Positions 62,571 to 64,000 of a stretch of DNA of 64,000 bases are shown here, piece by piece. Each line of letters opens with the position of its first letter. The first letter of the stretch is position 1. The position numbers and the translations under genes were made by a program. The notes beneath the pieces were generated by a model that had not been told where the DNA came from, ran no database searches, and saw only the letters and a program-made list of their open reading frames with translations. Source of the DNA: Acanthaster planci (taxonomy: Eukaryota); the NCBI RefSeq assembly GCF_001949145.1, contig NW_019091355.1, positions 5,464,517 through 5,528,516 of the forward strand. Reading direction: 5' to 3'.

Positions 62571-64000
62571 GCCTGCAAAATGACGGGCCAGCAACAAACA
62601 GCAAACGAAAGTAGAAAACTGAACGAAAACACGAAATGAGAGGGATAAGCGAACAGATAAACCACCCAACAAGCCAACACTGAGACCTCACACTTCAAGT
62701 AAAATAAAGCCAATCTGAAGAAAACGCCAACCAGTTTATACTAACATAATTATGTTACCCTATCAATACAACTTCCTCCACGATATCCCCCTTTCTTTCG
62801 GGAGGGGGGTTTCATTCCACTGACCAGACTTTTGCCACTGCACTTTTTGACACGTCTCTCCGATATTTTCATGTTTTCAAGGGCCATATTTAGACCACGG
62901 TGATTCACGATAATGCCCGACCACGCACCCAAAAATGAATGCCTAAAATGTGTCAACTGAGATTCCCTACGGACACCACGTCAGAAAATATTTGGACATC
63001 TTCTGACCGGTCTGATTAGCTTAGAATGTGTGAGATGAGGAAATATCCCATTTTGGGTCTCCCTCCGTTGCTGCTCAAAAATAATTATCAAATTAGGTGG
63101 CTTAGACAGGCAAAGAGTTTGTCAAGGACAGCGCTCATAAAACGTAAACATGACCTTAGATCTTGGAACGGTTACAGTGTTCAAAATACGATTTTGCATG
63201 CAAAAAATAAGCTATGTGTACAGAGCCCAGGTCGTGAAAACATTTGACCTGAAAAGTCGTGTGGTTGTTTGTGGTTTGTTAATTTTGTGTTTGTTTACTT
63301 TTAAGTCGTCTAAAACATTTCGGACAGTTGATCAGAGCTGTTGTCATGATGATTAAAAAAGATAAAAAAAAAGTTCAAATGATGTTAGGCCTAAATGCTA
63401 GATATTCGGCTAACCCGCTAGTTGGTTGAACATGTCATGTCACAAATTATTGTCTAATACAGAAACAGTTTCGGTTCTGACACCCAATGTGTTTTCCCCA
63501 ACCACAGTCTTTGAGTCAGCAATGTGTCTCTATACGTGCGTAGTCCATGGAATTGTATATGATTTAGCAGTACCCCCCCCCCCTTGACAAATTCGACAAC
63601 TCGGGAGAATGCTACGTCTAAATTTTAAGTAGAAACTTTTTGCTTGGTAAACTTCCCCCATCCCTCTCCTAATGAAAAACAAAATGCATGGCGCTGCTAT
63701 TGGGGGAAATCCACAGGTGGAGATTTTTAGTAGCTTTTTGTTTTTCTCGTGTTAATTAACAAATCGAGAAGGGGAGGAGTTGAACAAGGACTTAAGTAGA
63801 TAATTTAGTGCAATTTCAAACTGAAGTCCCAGAAATACAGTCTTTTCCAAGTTGCAATAAGTGAATAACTTCGTGACGTTATTGAACTCGACCCTGATCT
63901 GATACATGACTAAGTCTTGTAATCTTGCATATTTTTCAGTCACGATATCATTTTTTTGTCTATCAAAAGGCAGGATGGTCATATTCTCAATGGAAAGAGC

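Overview
Eukaryotic animal-type DNA, by eye a little over 40% GC, with one 58-N assembly gap. An invertebrate deuterostome such as an echinoderm is my guess from the repeat types and abundant TAGGCCTA/TACATGTA words; this is unverified. I find no recognisable host protein-coding gene, rRNA, intact tRNA or CRISPR array, and almost all ORFs in the track look like chance frames. The window reads as a gene desert or very large intron. It holds decayed LINE fragments (L1/Tx1-like at about 1.6-2.0 kb; CR1/L2-group RT with YVDD at about 51.7-52.7 kb), a tRNA-derived SINE at about 13 kb, many small TIR elements (MITE-like), and non-coding blocks dense in TGACAG (TALE-class) and TAAT sites. The most interesting object is a non-coding repeat family with a unit of about 258 bp, present three times (2.1, 33.4 and 60.0 kb). 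It has an internal tRNA-like module, tandem plus inverted architecture, a fixed tail of about 35-40 nt missing from the inverted arm, 12-bp target-site duplications and structure-preserving substitutions. This looks like Penelope-type insertion geometry on a SINE-sized tRNA-containing unit. Second, the palindromes TACATGTA and TAGGCCTA are about tenfold over-represented and may be DNA-transposon excision footprints.
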